The translations under genes were made by a program, and so were the position numbers. DNA of 64,000 bases from positions 52,806 through 116,805 of the IMG/VR virus record IMGVR_UViG_3300046464_000709. One strand, given 5' to 3'. The stretch comes from a virus. Below, in pieces: positions 18,562-31,345 of this stretch. The notes under the pieces were generated by a model. The model ran no database searches and had not been told where the DNA came from. It was given only the letters and a program-made list of their open reading frames with translations. Position 1 is the first letter of the stretch, and each line of letters begins with the position of its first letter.

Positions 18562-18590
18562 ATTATACTCTATTATTTGTTATTTGTCAA
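18562..18590 (-). promoter_or_regulatory. Perfect sigma70 consensus promoter
   Basis: TTGACA (18590-18585), 17 nt, TATAAT (18567-18562); boxA-like GATCTTTAACA at 18519-18509. Confidence 0.85.
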
Positions 18591-18829
18591 GTACTTTTTT
18601 ATTATTTGATGTTCTATTTATTCTTAATAAGTCTTCTTGTATTTGATTAATATATTTGTATGTATTATTTGCATCAATTATTTTATTGTTTGGATATTGT
18701 GTGCAATGATAAAGATCAGCAATAAATTCATTTAGCTTGGCGAGCTTAACATAAACATATTCTTTTTCAGTTAGCTCGTTACGAAGTTCTTGTTCTGTGG
18801 CGAACATCGAGGCTTTTGGGGATAGTGGC

Positions 18830-19315
18830 TTAATCATATGAATATTGAGCAAGTTTATTTAAGTTTTTTTTGTTTGCTTTTAACAAAGAATATGTTTGAA
18901 AAAGATCAGAAATAGATTTCTTTTTCGTGCTACAATTATTGTATTTTGGTAGGTAATTTAAAATAAATTTTCTTTCTGTTTCATTCATCCAAATAGTGCA
19001 AAGACTAGGATTAGGTTTACGAAGAGATATTCTTTTGGTTGAATTTTTACTTACAAGTTTAGCCTCTTTTTCTACTTTGCTCGGAGGAAGCAAATAATAA
19101 ACTTTACTAAAATTTTTGTTCGATTGATGCGACCCCACTCTTTGAAGTAGATTTGCTGTTTGCCCAACATAAACCACCTCATCTTCTTCTGAAACCAAGA
19201 AATAAACGCAACAAAATTCTTTTGCTTCTCCCTTGAATCTTCTTAATCTGCCAATCTTTTTAATTGATTGTCTGAATTCGGGGTTGATTATTTTTATAAA
19301 CTCTTCCGTTATCAT
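18830..19315 (-). CDS. GIY-YIG endonuclease-like protein
   Basis: CVYFL...VVYVGQT.NL..R...H, conserved E and PKYN. Confidence 0.75.
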   Translation of the reverse strand: MITEEFIKIINPEFRQSIKKIGRLRRFKGEAKEFCCVYFLVSEEDEVVYVGQTANLLQRVGSHQSNKNFSKVYYLLPPSKVEKEAKLVSKNSTKRISLRKPNPSLCTIWMNETERKFILNYLPKYNNCSTKKKSISDLFQTYSLLKANKKNLNKLAQYSYD

Positions 19316-21315
19316 TACGCAAAGAATCTCCTTCCCAATCTTGCTTTGCTTGCCTCGATTCGATCTAGTCTAGCTTGATCGGCTTTTTGAGATAGTTTTG
19401 TTGAATAGTAAACACTATCCTCGGCAACTGATCCATAATTTGCAAACTTACCTTGCTTGTTCGCAGGTGTGTGTTTACCACTTTTAATATCTGCCATTAC
19501 TTGGCTCGCTCTCGCATTTTTCGCAATACTCATAATTTTATATAATTTTTAGGTTAATTAGTTTTAGCAATTTGTTTTATGTATTCTAGTATATCAGAAT
19601 GTAATATATTGTCAAGTCTTTTTTTAAGAAACGAATCCGTATGTTGGCAAATCAAATTCATGATCGAACATTCCTACTTCGTCCCATCCATAAAGAATTA
19701 GTGCTTGATCGAGATCGTCTTTCATTAAATCTTTTCTGTCAATCACTGCAAGCTCGCTACCATTTGGTATCATGCCGTCAACATTTTTTATGTCGATTTC
19801 TTGAAATGTCATAGTACTTTTCCTCCGACTCTATAGACAGACCATGTTTCTTCACCCTTGTATTGGCTTAGTCGAAAGTTGTTGTCTGTTTCTGCCCAAT
19901 CGACTGCACTCTGTAGTGAACGAAAATAAAGAGGCGATTCGCTCGGACTCGCATCATCTACTAACATATATACTCCTTCTGCGAGATCGCATGGGTTGGT
20001 ATTCTTTTCTTTTTCTACTTGAGCTTGCCACTCAAGATATTCTAGTTGTTCTTCGCAATAGTTCATGCCCTCTAGTATATCAGATTAGGATTTGTTGTCA
20101 AGTCTTTTTTTATTGAACTTGCTTTTTCCTCCGAATGCACCTGTTGGAGTAGCTTGTCCGCCCTTGTGCCCAACCATTCCTTTTCCGCTTTTCTTTTTTC
20201 CAACTAAATATTTATTATGATTCATATTTTATTAAATTTTGTTTGCGATTAACCTATATGCTCTATCTACTGCAAGAGACATTAATGTTAAAATTGTTAT
20301 TGCTCCTACGCAACTTACTATTGAATGTATTATTTCGTATATCATATTGTATAAATTATTTTGTATAATTAAGTGTTTATTTGAGTTATATTGTTTTGCT
20401 TTTTATATCATGCAATTGTATTGTTTATTTAGTATATTGTATTGTATAAGAGTAAATACTATAATAAAGCATTTTATATCATGCAAAAATTTGTTTATTT
20501 ATTTCTTAATATTTGGGCAATCAACATTAGTGTTTTATTTAAATCAGATAATTCTTTTCTTACATCATCTGTATATCCATTCGAGATAGATATTTGGTCT
20601 TTTATCTTTTGCAATTCCTTTGTTATTTCGTCCATGATTAATAGTATGGCAGAAAGTTTGGCGGTTGTCAAGCCTTATTTTATTTGCCGTAAATATTTGT
20701 GCAATTAAATTCGGGCGAGTCAGTCCACATTCCCTTGGCATATTTGCCGTTATTTGTCTTGAGATTGATTGTCTCGTATAAGTGTTTTAGCATTGCCTTG
20801 TCATCTTTGTTTTCTTTATTTGATGTTTTATTTTTTGCAATTATTTCGCTTATTTGATCTAATATATGATCTATTTCTCTTCGTGCGTGCATTATTTATA
20901 TTTGTTGTTCTTTAATTTTATTAAATATTTTTTTAAATTGAGTGCTTCTATATATGCTCTATCTATATTATCATTCTCTACATGAAAAGATATACTCTCA
21001 TTACTTGTAATAACATTCTCTGTCTCATCATCATTAAAACATGAAATATTTTGTTCAATTAATTGTATTATTTCATAAGATAATTGCAATACATCATCTT
21101 CATTATATTTATTTGTCATTATTTACTATATTATTTAATATTTGTAATGTATATTTCGCTTCCCATAATGCTTTCTCTCGCTCGCCTAATTCCATGTAAA
21201 AATTCATGCTATTATTGCAGAGATTTATAGTTTCAGCTTGGTCTTCAGATAGTTTTCCTACCTTTGTATTGAATATTTCTATTATTTCGCTACTTATTTT
21301 TTGCAATTCATCCAT
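19315..21315 (-). other. Series of small hypothetical ORFs (19315-19533, 19624-19812, 19809-20066, 20680-20892, 20892-21119, 21109-21315)
   Basis: Co-oriented short ORFs, several behind TTGAC(A/T) promoters; very AT-rich after about 20170. Confidence 0.5.
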
Positions 21316-22098
21316 GATTTAATTTAATTATTTTTTTTATTCAATTGATCTAGGTTATTTTGCATCTGCTTTCTTATTTCTTCTGTTGGTGCAGTCTTTA
21401 TTGCTTGTTCTAGCATCTTTTTCTGTTGCTCTTCGTCTAAACGAGGAGGAGTCGGTAAGTTATTTGTGTTTTCTTTATTCATAATATACTATATACTATA
21501 CAATAATACAAAAGACAAGTCAAGAATAAATGTAAATTATTATAATAAATTGTAAATATTTGAAAGATAATGACTTATATTGTAATCATTTGAGAATCGT
21601 TGGAAAGCCGTGAGAATTTCGCACGACTTGCTTGCGAGGCTCACTTGGCTCTATATTTACTCGCTTGATCCGCCTTATTTGATAAAATATTTTTTGCAAT
21701 TGAGTGCGAATGAATGTCGCTAATTTTATTAATTTTTTCATTGAATTAGTAATTTTATATTTATTTTTGTTGTTTTGACTTGTTTGCTCGCAGTTTATTT
21801 TATACAATATTATAATGAATTATAGTTTATTTTATATATTATTTTGTGTTATTTGCCGTGACTTTTTCTAGTTTTTTCTTTTGTAGAGAATATATAATAG
21901 TATGAATTATTTTATATATTTAAGTCGCGTACTCCACTATCACCCATTTTAAACCATTTTACTCCACACAATATTTTATATATTTATTACAGAGAATGAT
22001 GTATTTTTATATATATTATATATTTACGATTGATATAGTATTGTATATTGTTGTATAATATGTACTATATATGTTTTGTATATGTTGGTAATCATATT

Positions 22099-23289
22099 CT
22101 ATTCGTAATCTCTGAAACCGATAGCATAAGGAAATCGTGGAATTCCATCGGGAGTAAGTTGAAAATACTTAATGGTTGCTAACTTACCAATATAATCTTT
22201 GCGATTATCATAGATTTCTTTGAGGTAGTCAAATGAACCTTTGATGTTGCTATTGAATGTGGTTTTTGTTTTCGGACAATAACACACTAAATGCTTTGCA
22301 GTTCCACTACGATTGCCGTTTCCAATATTAATATCTACAACTTTATATTCTGCATCAATAAATTCTTTTCTTTTTAATAATGATGTACTTCTCTTGTTAT
22401 CATATTTACTTGAATTCTTGCGAACCATTTGTCCTTCGTATCCTTGTTCAAGATATTGACCATACAAACTATTTAAATTGCCGAGAGAATATACTTCATT
22501 TGTTTCGACTAATACAATATGTTTGTTTGTCATTAATTTGGCTTTTAATTCATCTATTCTAAAGTCAAATGATTGATTTTCATTTATTACATCATTTATT
22601 CTTGGTGCATCATATACATGATATTGAATTGTATCTTCTGCTTCTGCGAGTCGTTCTTGATATTCAGTTTGCTTTTTGGCAAATGCTTTATCAGTCATGC
22701 TTGCTGACTTGGTTGGTCTTTGCTTGCGAACAAGCGAAGTGATCTTGTTAAAGTTTTCACGCAAATCATGGTTGTATAGTTCACCATCAAGAATAGCTTT
22801 AGGATGAGCGAGAAAGAACCCATTTAGGCTTTTAAGGATATGAGGTATGCACTCTATCTCCTTGCCATTGCGAGTCCTTCCAATGAGCGTATCGCCTTCT
22901 TTGCGTACTATGCAACGAATGCCATCTAATTTTGGTTGCGAATAACAAGGATACTTTCCAACCAATTCATCTTGACGATCCTTGAAGTTGTGTGCGAGCA
23001 TCGGCTCATAGAACTTTTTTTTCTGTGCATCTATCTCATTTAGTGCATATCCACTATCTAATTTCTTTTGGAATTTAGCTTGAGCTTGCAACTCTGCTTG
23101 ACCTTCGGGAGTTGTTTCATTACTTCGCCCAACATTCTTGGCGATTGTGGTTGTGGCTTTATCTTGAGTCTTCTTACCATCAACCAAACCTTTGACTGCA
23201 TAAAAGGATGCACCATCAATGTGCATCGTCCATTCACGCAATTTTCCTTTAGTATCTATCTTGTATAATGTCTGCAATGTTTTTGTCAT
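22099..23289 (-). CDS. lig: ATP-dependent DNA ligase
   Basis: Motif I SQPKLDGIRC, LDGELY, YHVYD, GYEGQMVR, LLKRK and the terminal GIPRFP. Confidence 0.93.
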   Translation of the reverse strand: MTKTLQTLYKIDTKGKLREWTMHIDGASFYAVKGLVDGKKTQDKATTTIAKNVGRSNETTPEGQAELQAQAKFQKKLDSGYALNEIDAQKKKFYEPMLAHNFKDRQDELVGKYPCYSQPKLDGIRCIVRKEGDTLIGRTRNGKEIECIPHILKSLNGFFLAHPKAILDGELYNHDLRENFNKITSLVRKQRPTKSASMTDKAFAKKQTEYQERLAEAEDTIQYHVYDAPRINDVINENQSFDFRIDELKAKLMTNKHIVLVETNEVYSLGNLNSLYGQYLEQGYEGQMVRKNSSKYDNKRSTSLLKRKEFIDAEYKVVDINIGNGNRSGTAKHLVCYCPKTKTTFNSNIKGSFDYLKEIYDNRKDYIGKLATIKYFQLTPDGIPRFPYAIGFRDYE

Positions 23290-23320
23290 AATATAAATAT
23301 AGTTGATTTTTTAAAGTCTG

Positions 23321-23977
23321 TCAAGACAATTTTATTAATTTAAGTTTTTCTATTGAATCGAGCAATATTTTTAATGAAATTAAATTCCCGCCATTTATTG
23401 GGAGTATCTGATTTTGATTATCCATAGGAATGCCCAAGCTATATTGAATAAATGACATTGTACTTAAAGCAACCCCTTCTGCAATCCCATAATATGTTTT
23501 CCATCTTGCATGAGTCGGAATTTCAGTTAGTTTTCCTTTACATAAATACAAACTTTTCGATCCACCGAATGTAAGTTTATTAATATTTCGTTTGTTGGGT
23601 CGCAAAAAGGCGGTATGACCAAAATATAGCTTGCGTTCGTCCTCTTTAGTAAATTCTGTTGATGGAGAATAAGAGATTACATGACCACATTTTAAGGTTA
23701 AATTAAAACCATCTTTTTTTAAATCGAATTGTAAAACATCATTCTGATTGACCATTCCTTTGCAGACTTCAAACTGATAGTTATCGAAAGACAACTCAGA
23801 CTGAAAGAATTTTTTACTATAATTAGAGCGATGGGCTTTTAATCTTTGTTTTAAGTTTTTCGAGAAACCTACATAATTTTTTATAACATTACCTTCAACT
23901 CCTATAAGGTTATATATCTTATTACCAAGATAATTTCTGTCTGACTCAATTCTTTTTTTCTTTTGCAACTTAATCAT
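23321..23977 (-). CDS. GIY-YIG-like endonuclease
   Basis: KIYNL...NYVGFSKNLKQRLKAH; adjacent to the ligase. Confidence 0.55.
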   Translation of the reverse strand: MIKLQKKKRIESDRNYLGNKIYNLIGVEGNVIKNYVGFSKNLKQRLKAHRSNYSKKFFQSELSFDNYQFEVCKGMVNQNDVLQFDLKKDGFNLTLKCGHVISYSPSTEFTKEDERKLYFGHTAFLRPNKRNINKLTFGGSKSLYLCKGKLTEIPTHARWKTYYGIAEGVALSTMSFIQYSLGIPMDNQNQILPINGGNLISLKILLDSIEKLKLIKLS

Positions 23978-24016
23978 AGTTATAACTATAAGAAATTATT
24001 CGTTCATTGTCAATCC

Positions 24017-27000
24017 CTAAATTAGTTTTTGTAAAATTTTTAATTCTTTGATTCCTAAGTGTTTAGATAAATACAAGCAAAAATCTATTAAATTAGCCCG
24101 ATTTGAGAATACAATATCATGCCGAATGTAATCTGCGACTTGAGCATATTGTCCATCTTGCCAACGCTCTGTTAATTGCAAGAATAAATTGCTTTGATTA
24201 TCTTGATCCATTGTTTAATTAACTTCTGAATCTAAATGATCCCAAGGAAATCCCTCTATTTGATCTAAAACTTCGTTCAGACAACTTAATTCTGAAATGT
24301 ACGCTTGTTCTTCTGCTTGGCAATTTGTGTGTGCATTTGCACAAAATTCCATTCTTTCGTATATTTTATTTATTATTTCTTGCATTTATTTTTTTCTCCA
24401 TCTTGTTTGTTTTAATGAAAGTTTTATTTGTTTGAAATTCAAGTAAACATGATTTAATGTATTTAAATAATTTATGTTTTTATTTAAGTAAGCAATCATG
24501 TTCTTTTCTGTATGAAAGTTTATTTGTTTGTCTTCTTCGTTATCCTTGTATGAAATGTTGTACTTCAAAATGGAATCTCGTCTCTTGGGTCTTGTTTGAA
24601 ACTTCTAATATCTTTCTTTTTGTTCATCTTCTCTGCAAATGTTCTTGTGTTATGTTTAATGTAACGCTTGTTGCCGTGCTTGTCAAGTTTATTATAAGCT
24701 ACTGCAAAGCCTAATTGCTTTAGGGACTCAAGGTCAACATCATCAATAGTTTGATTACGAACCATATTATTAATCGCTTCCTTGTGGATAGAAGTTACTA
24801 TATAAATCGGACGATCATAGTCATCCATCTCTCCATCTTTTTTTTCAACTAAAATTTCGTCTTTCATTTCGATCCACCATTTATATTTTCTAAGTAATTT
24901 TCTTGAGCTTGCTTTCTTTTGGCTTCATTAATTTCTTCTTGCAATAAAGTATTGACTTTGTCCATATCCTCGATGTAAACTTCGGGATAATACTTTTCAA
25001 TTACATTCGCAATCTCTTCTGTGCAATCATAAAATGTTTTCATTGTTTTGTCGTGATCTTCTGTTTTCATTGGCAATTTTGAGCTTTGTCTAATACAACC
25101 TTCTATTATTGAGTAATCGCACATTTTTCTTTATTCATTAATTTTTTAATTACAGATTTAGTTTGACTCCAATGTTCATCTGTATCCTCTATTATTCTTG
25201 ATATGCTATAATTATACCATACATCACATATCTTGTCAATGTTTTTATCGTCAGCTTTTACTTTAAAATGATTCCAATTTTTTTCTCCATCAATTATTTC
25301 TTGCTCAATCCATTCCGCAGTTAAGCCGAAAGGAAAATACATTAAATTATTATCTAACGCAAATTTTTGTGCAACTGAAACAAAACTTCCCTCTGTTTTA
25401 TGACATTCATAATAGTTTGAATCTTCACCCCAAGACTCGTAAACGCTAATGTAGAATTGAAAACTACCTTTTACTGCAACATCTTCTTGTCGCCATTTTT
25501 GCAACTCTTCGTCTCCATGCTCAATCAATTCAACACTATATTCTTCGCCATACCATTTCATGTGAGACATGATCTTTTTGCTAGAATAAACCAATGCTTT
25601 GAACTCTTGTAAGAGTTCTTGGTTCGATTTAGTCGTTGTTATTGTTCTTCTAAAAGTTACCGATAATCCTTCACCACTCATCTTTTATTCTCCTCTGATA
25701 TACTTTCCAAACTCATCATTATCCATGCTAGATGTTCCACCAAGAGGTTCGCAAAATGAAACTTCTGCATTTTGCTTCCACGCTTTACTAATCTCCCAAT
25801 CTCCATCCATTTCCGATAAAGCCAATTCTTGAGCCTTTTCCGCTGATTCAGCTTCAACTTGGAATGTGCGATATGTTGTGCTTGCAATTTCTACTTCAAA
25901 TGTTTTGTTCATAATTAAAGAATAAAGCAAATCCTAGTTCTTGTCAAGCATTTTATTTTCTAATATAAAAATCAATTATAAATGCCAATGCAAGGCAACA
26001 AATAAAAATAGTAGGTAAGATAAAATCATTCATTTGAATACTTTCTGAGTTCTTTATTTTTTAAATTTAATTCTCTTTCTATTTCTTTGGCAACATTTTC
26101 GCCAACAGATATTTCGTGATCTCTCGATAAGGAATCTAATAATTGCACTAAATTTTTTCCTATTTTAATTCTCTCTTCATCACCAACTAAAAATAAATTC
26201 TCAGCATTCACAAGCATAAGATCATCTATTTTGACGATGATATGATTGATTGCATCTGTGCTTCCTCGTATTCCTAATTTTATTTTCATATTTTAAATAT
26301 TTGCACGGAGAGTATCCGTGACTAACTCCAATATAGTAGTAATCGAATTACTTGCTAGTCTTTTTCTGCTGATCGGACATGGTAGCTCTTGCTCATTCAA
26401 TAAGATCAAGTTACTAGCAAACTATCACGAATTACTGAAATCACTCACATTAAGAGGTGAACCTATTTTTAATCTCCAAAAGAATTTGTTACGATTAAGG
26501 CAAACAATAAAACCAATACACAAGCAGTGATTACATTGATTGCATAAAAAACATCGGGTAAATTATAAATTAAATTGTTCATAAAGAATTTCCATGTTCG
26601 TCATCGCAAGCAATTCTTCCACCACTAGATTCCCACAATGCTTGTGCGTGAGACATTTCGTTCAAGTGCTGATTAGAACCTTTATCGTGACATTCATATT
26701 CTTCTTCATGTTCATTTAATGCTTTTTCAATAACACTAGCAAGAACCATGCTTTCGCCATATTCTAGCATACTATATCCTTCGCCAACAAAAATAGAACG
26801 ATTTTCACATTCAACATAAATTTCTGCTCCACCTTTTCGAGTTTCTGTTTTCCACTTCATTTTTTAATTTCTTTAAGTTTGTGTTGTTTTGCGAATTCAA
26901 TATCTGATCGAACAAAAATTCTCATGCAACTAACTCTATACCTTGCTGATGAGGAACTAAGACTTCAAAAAGAAATCTACGAACTGATTCGGTTATATCT

Positions 27001-29655
27001 AATAACTCGGAAAATTCGTTGTAACTAAGTGAATTGCTATCTCCTTGTCCACCATAACAAATTCGATAACCTTCTTCAAGAGGGCAAATGTTCTGACCTC
27101 TTTTCTTGGTATAGTGTCCATTCTGACCTTGACTCCATGTCCATTCGCAATGAAATGAATTTATGTAAATCAATATATTAACTCGCCCAAGATTATTGCC
27201 AACGCTATCTTTTCTGTGAGTGCAATCGACAAAGTCAACATTCGCACTAGGAAACTCTGATTTAACATCTTTGAGTTGTACATGAACTGCACGATAATTT
27301 TCATTTGTATGATACGAACCCCATGAACTCGTATGCAATTTACCATTCGTCTTTTTGCACATTTGTGCATCACGATCACTCTTGCTTTTATAACTCAACA
27401 CATTTTCTTGTGGCATTAACTTTTTAATAACATTATTACTTTTAAATATAATGTCTTCGGGACTCCATGTGTTCCAATTTACTTTCGCATTTTTAAAATA
27501 ATTCATTTTTTTCAATTTGGTTTTATTGTTTATTCTTTGTATACTAGACTATAAATTATAATGTGTCAATCTTTTTTTTGTTCTATTCTTGTTAAGTTAT
27601 ATTCTTCTTCTGTGATGTAGCTATAACTTGATAAAAAATCGTCTTTACTTAACTTCTCGAAATCTTTCATCTTCTCTTCGTCATCACAAAAATCAGTATG
27701 ACTTATTTCGGGATTCCACTCTTCTTCCCAAAGTTGAATGTCTTGACCTTCCCAATTAAGAAATTTACGCAAAATCTTTAAGGCTTTCATTACTTCTCGA
27801 CTATTCTCATTCTCTGAATAATCTCCAAGAGCAGATGACTCTGCTTCATTCAAGACTAATTCTATCGCCCTAGATAATCTCATTCTTCTTCTGATTCTTC
27901 AATCGTTCCAATGACCAATAATTTTATGCAATTTCCTTCTCCCGATAATCCGAAATGAGAAATCGTTTCATTAAAAATAACCCCATCTTCGGGGTTTACA
28001 GAAATCCAAGAACAATTTTGTTTTCTGCCTTCTGCTTCAATTTCTACGATGTCCCAACCAAACTCAATTAATTCATTCTTCTGTGCTTTTGTTAATTTCA
28101 TGTTAAAATTTGTTTAATAATGTTCTTTCCATACTTCATCAAATCCAACTAATGCTTCGGTATCTCCACCGATATAATCTCCATCGAATCCATTTTTGTT
28201 TTCAACTATCAATGCTCCTCTTGATTGAATCTGTTTTACTTTTCCACATTGTTCAATGTCGCATTTAAATCCAACCCAATCGCCAACATTGACTTCAAAC
28301 TCTTCGTCCCATTTGTTCTTAATTTTCATAAATCCCATTCTCCATTTTTTACATTGTCAATATCTTGCATTGCTTTGTCGTAAGCAGTTTCATTGCTATG
28401 ATCTTCAGCCTCGTCATCATACAATTCAACTATGTCTTTTGCATAATTAACATTAAATGATTCTTGTTTAACCAATCTTTGCAACTCTTCTATTAGTGCT
28501 TGTCTGTATGTTTGCATGAGTATAAGTATGTACTAAATTTTAATCTTTGTCAACCCCAAAAAGTTGATCCCATTCTTCTTTAATTTCAAGATCAGAAATG
28601 TTATCTAGTCCCTCGTATCCATCAATAAGCAAACTAATAATGTCAGAGACATTCATGTTCATTGCTTCTGCTTCTGCGAGGTCATAACGCATATCGTCCA
28701 CGCTTGGTTCTTTATCTCTCATTTGTCGTTCAGTTGTTCTCATCGCTAATTTTATCTAATTTTTCGTATAGTTCGTCAATTTGTTTTTCTAGGCTAGAAA
28801 TATATTTTATCTCATCGGGTTCTCTTGAATACATAAACTCAAGTTCCATTTCTAAATCTTTGATATGCTTGTGCGTATCTTTAATTGTATCAATTTCTTC
28901 TTGCACTTTTCTTAGGATTTTGTGATTCATATTCTTTGATAAATTGTTCATAAGTTGGATGGTCATCGCCTATGATGGGAGGAAACCTACCATAGTTTCC
29001 CATTCCGTCATAATCCATATCGTTATATTCCATATCGTCACCGATTCGTTCAATAAGGGATTCGTTTTTACTGATAGATTCAGCAATTAGTTCATCCATT
29101 TGCTTTTTATTGAGCTTTGGGGTAGACTTAAAGACACTAAAAATTTTAGAAAATAAATTCATCATACATAAAAATAGGTTTGTTTTTGTCTTCCATTCCA
29201 TTAAATGTTCCAAGAGTATTAAACTCAAACCATTCAAGTGCTTCTTGCTCATCCATGCCATCTTCATCCATCAATGCACGAATAATCTTGGTTACTGAAT
29301 ATACAATTCTGCAATCAGTATCGCTTCCGATAATCGCACGATTAAAGGTTGATCTAGGCTCAAGTACGACTGCCTCTTCGTTAATATCTGACAACTCTTC
29401 TAGGATTTGATCTCCTTCTGTAATTTCGTTTTGCATGATAATATCTTATTAAACTTCTGCGAGATTGTCAACAACTAAATTCATGGAATCTGATAAAGTT
29501 GAGTCTTCCTCAATTTCTTTGATTGAAATAGAAATTCGATCATCAAACTCCTCAAGCTCTGTTGGTAAAAAATTAAACTTGATATGCTCTCCATCTTTAA
29601 TGGACGAAATTTCTTGTGAAGTTAAGCCCAATGTTATGTTATATTCTTTTTTCAT
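24017..29655 (-). other. Dense series of about 20 small hypothetical ORFs (e.g. 24565-24867, 25106-25681, 26922-27515, 27566-27883, 29146-29436)
   Basis: Abutting - strand ORFs with ATGA/TAATG overlaps and recurring TTGACA promoters; no recognisable domains. Confidence 0.6.
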
Positions 29656-29820
29656 TTTTATGATTTAATTTTATTTAAAAAATTCTTCATTAATTTTACA
29701 TGATGGTGCATTGCATCCAATTCATACTGATCGTATTGATCTGTAATGTGACCAATAAGTAAATAATGTTCTGTGCAATCAATGAGGTCTTGCAAAGCGT
29801 AAAATTCTTCGTTGTTCATG

Positions 29821-30576
29821 TTAAACCTCTAAGCAGTAACTCCAATAGCGAGAATTTCTTCTGCCTTGAACCTTGTTCCAATACATTTCTCTTGCAACAT
29901 TTGGGGAAATGCCATACTTGTTGCAACGAGCAAGCCACTCGTTTTCCATCTCCTCATAAACCTTGAGGCTACTTGCATGACCTTTCTTCAGATCGTGACC
30001 CATGAAACGCAATAAGTGAACATCCAAGCAACAAAGTTGTGCTTCTGTTGGATAACTTAATGCGAGAGCATAAGTTGTCTTTGCGTTACCTAGCCCATAA
30101 ATTGTTCCAATTAAACGATTGCGACATTCTTGCCATGTCTCATCATCTTGTTTTTTGAACTGATCGGGGTTTTCACGAAACTTAGTTACCAAGTCCCACA
30201 ATCCACGCTCTCTACGCTCGTACAAGCCAACCTTAGCCTTTACAATCATTTGCTTGAGCTTGTCCTTGGATAAAGTCCAAGAAAGGTCGCTCATGGCAAT
30301 CTCGTAGCCTCGCACATTGCTTTCCCAAGTTGTGTGAACGCTCATAATGGCGAAGACCCAACGAGCAAACATTTCTGCATCATCTTGAGGAATGAGATTT
30401 GTCCAATACTCTTGTTCGGAATGAACTGCACCGAATTTAAGATTGGCGAAGAAACGATCCACATTTTTACGAGGATCAACTTTTGGTTGAGTCTGCTCGA
30501 TACGCTCTTTAATTGGAGCGATTGAGTTCTCTAATAATAAAACTTGTTTGTTCAATGTATCTTTTGCAATGTTCAT
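29821..30576 (-). CDS. Second HhH DNA glycosylase-like protein
   Basis: IYGLGNAKTTYAL and CLDVHLLRF motifs; leaderless ATG at 30576. Confidence 0.65.
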   Translation of the reverse strand: MNIAKDTLNKQVLLLENSIAPIKERIEQTQPKVDPRKNVDRFFANLKFGAVHSEQEYWTNLIPQDDAEMFARWVFAIMSVHTTWESNVRGYEIAMSDLSWTLSKDKLKQMIVKAKVGLYERRERGLWDLVTKFRENPDQFKKQDDETWQECRNRLIGTIYGLGNAKTTYALALSYPTEAQLCCLDVHLLRFMGHDLKKGHASSLKVYEEMENEWLARCNKYGISPNVAREMYWNKVQGRRNSRYWSYCLEV

Positions 30577-30663
30577 GGTTATAAGTATGACATAATCCAA
30601 AGAAATGTCAAGAGTTTTTTTGTGTTTTAGTTTTTTTGTTTTAAGTATGTGGTATTCAGTAAT

Positions 30664-31071
30664 TTAAACTTCGCAAAAATCAAATATGATAGGAGAATCG
30701 TCTATCGCTCCACAATTTTGAGGATTAATATCAAGTCTCTCGCAAATGTTTATACCTAATTCTTCTAAAATTTGTTTGTAATTAAGTTCTGAGTTTTCTG
30801 TATTTGCTTTTTGTTGTATCACAATTCTTTCGTCAATATAATATGGTTTAATATAATAGTTTTTTATTTCGCTTGGAACACTTGCAAATTCATCGTTGAG
30901 GGAGTTGGCTATTTTAATAACATAACCTAACTTTTTTTTAGAGTAAACTGACTTGTAACTTCCAAGACCAATTTCTTTAAACCCTCTAGCGATGATTTGC
31001 TGAATGAATTTTTCTGTATTTTTTTCTAGTTCCAAGTAAAGATTAAAAATCTTCGACTTGGTTTGCCTCAT
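30664..31071 (-). CDS. Minimal protein-kinase-like protein
   Basis: IGLGSYKSVY (Gly loop), YVIK (Lys), DINPQN (catalytic loop), IFDF. Confidence 0.55.
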   Translation of the reverse strand: MRQTKSKIFNLYLELEKNTEKFIQQIIARGFKEIGLGSYKSVYSKKKLGYVIKIANSLNDEFASVPSEIKNYYIKPYYIDERIVIQQKANTENSELNYKQILEELGINICERLDINPQNCGAIDDSPIIFDFCEV

Positions 31072-31073
31072 TG

Positions 31074-31325
31074 TTATGAGACTCCAATTAAAGCATCATG
31101 TATTAGATGTCGAGTCTTATAGTCTAATATTCGTCCTTCTTCATCTTGGGGAAGACTGCCAAGTATGTTTTCAAAATCTTGATTCAAGACCTCACACATA
31201 CAAGCAACCTTTCGATAGATTCCGATTTCTTTATATTTAAGTATCGCCCACATCGAGTCTACTTGAGCCTCGTTCGCTTGAGAAATTTTTTCAAGCAACT
31301 CTATTTGTTCTGTTTCTGTATTCAT
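31074..31325 (-). CDS. Hypothetical protein
   Basis: 83-aa ORF downstream of the rIIB-like gene. Confidence 0.6.
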   Translation of the reverse strand: MNTETEQIELLEKISQANEAQVDSMWAILKYKEIGIYRKVACMCEVLNQDFENILGSLPQDEEGRILDYKTRHLIHDALIGVS

Positions 31326-31345
31326 AATTTTATCAAATTAATTGT

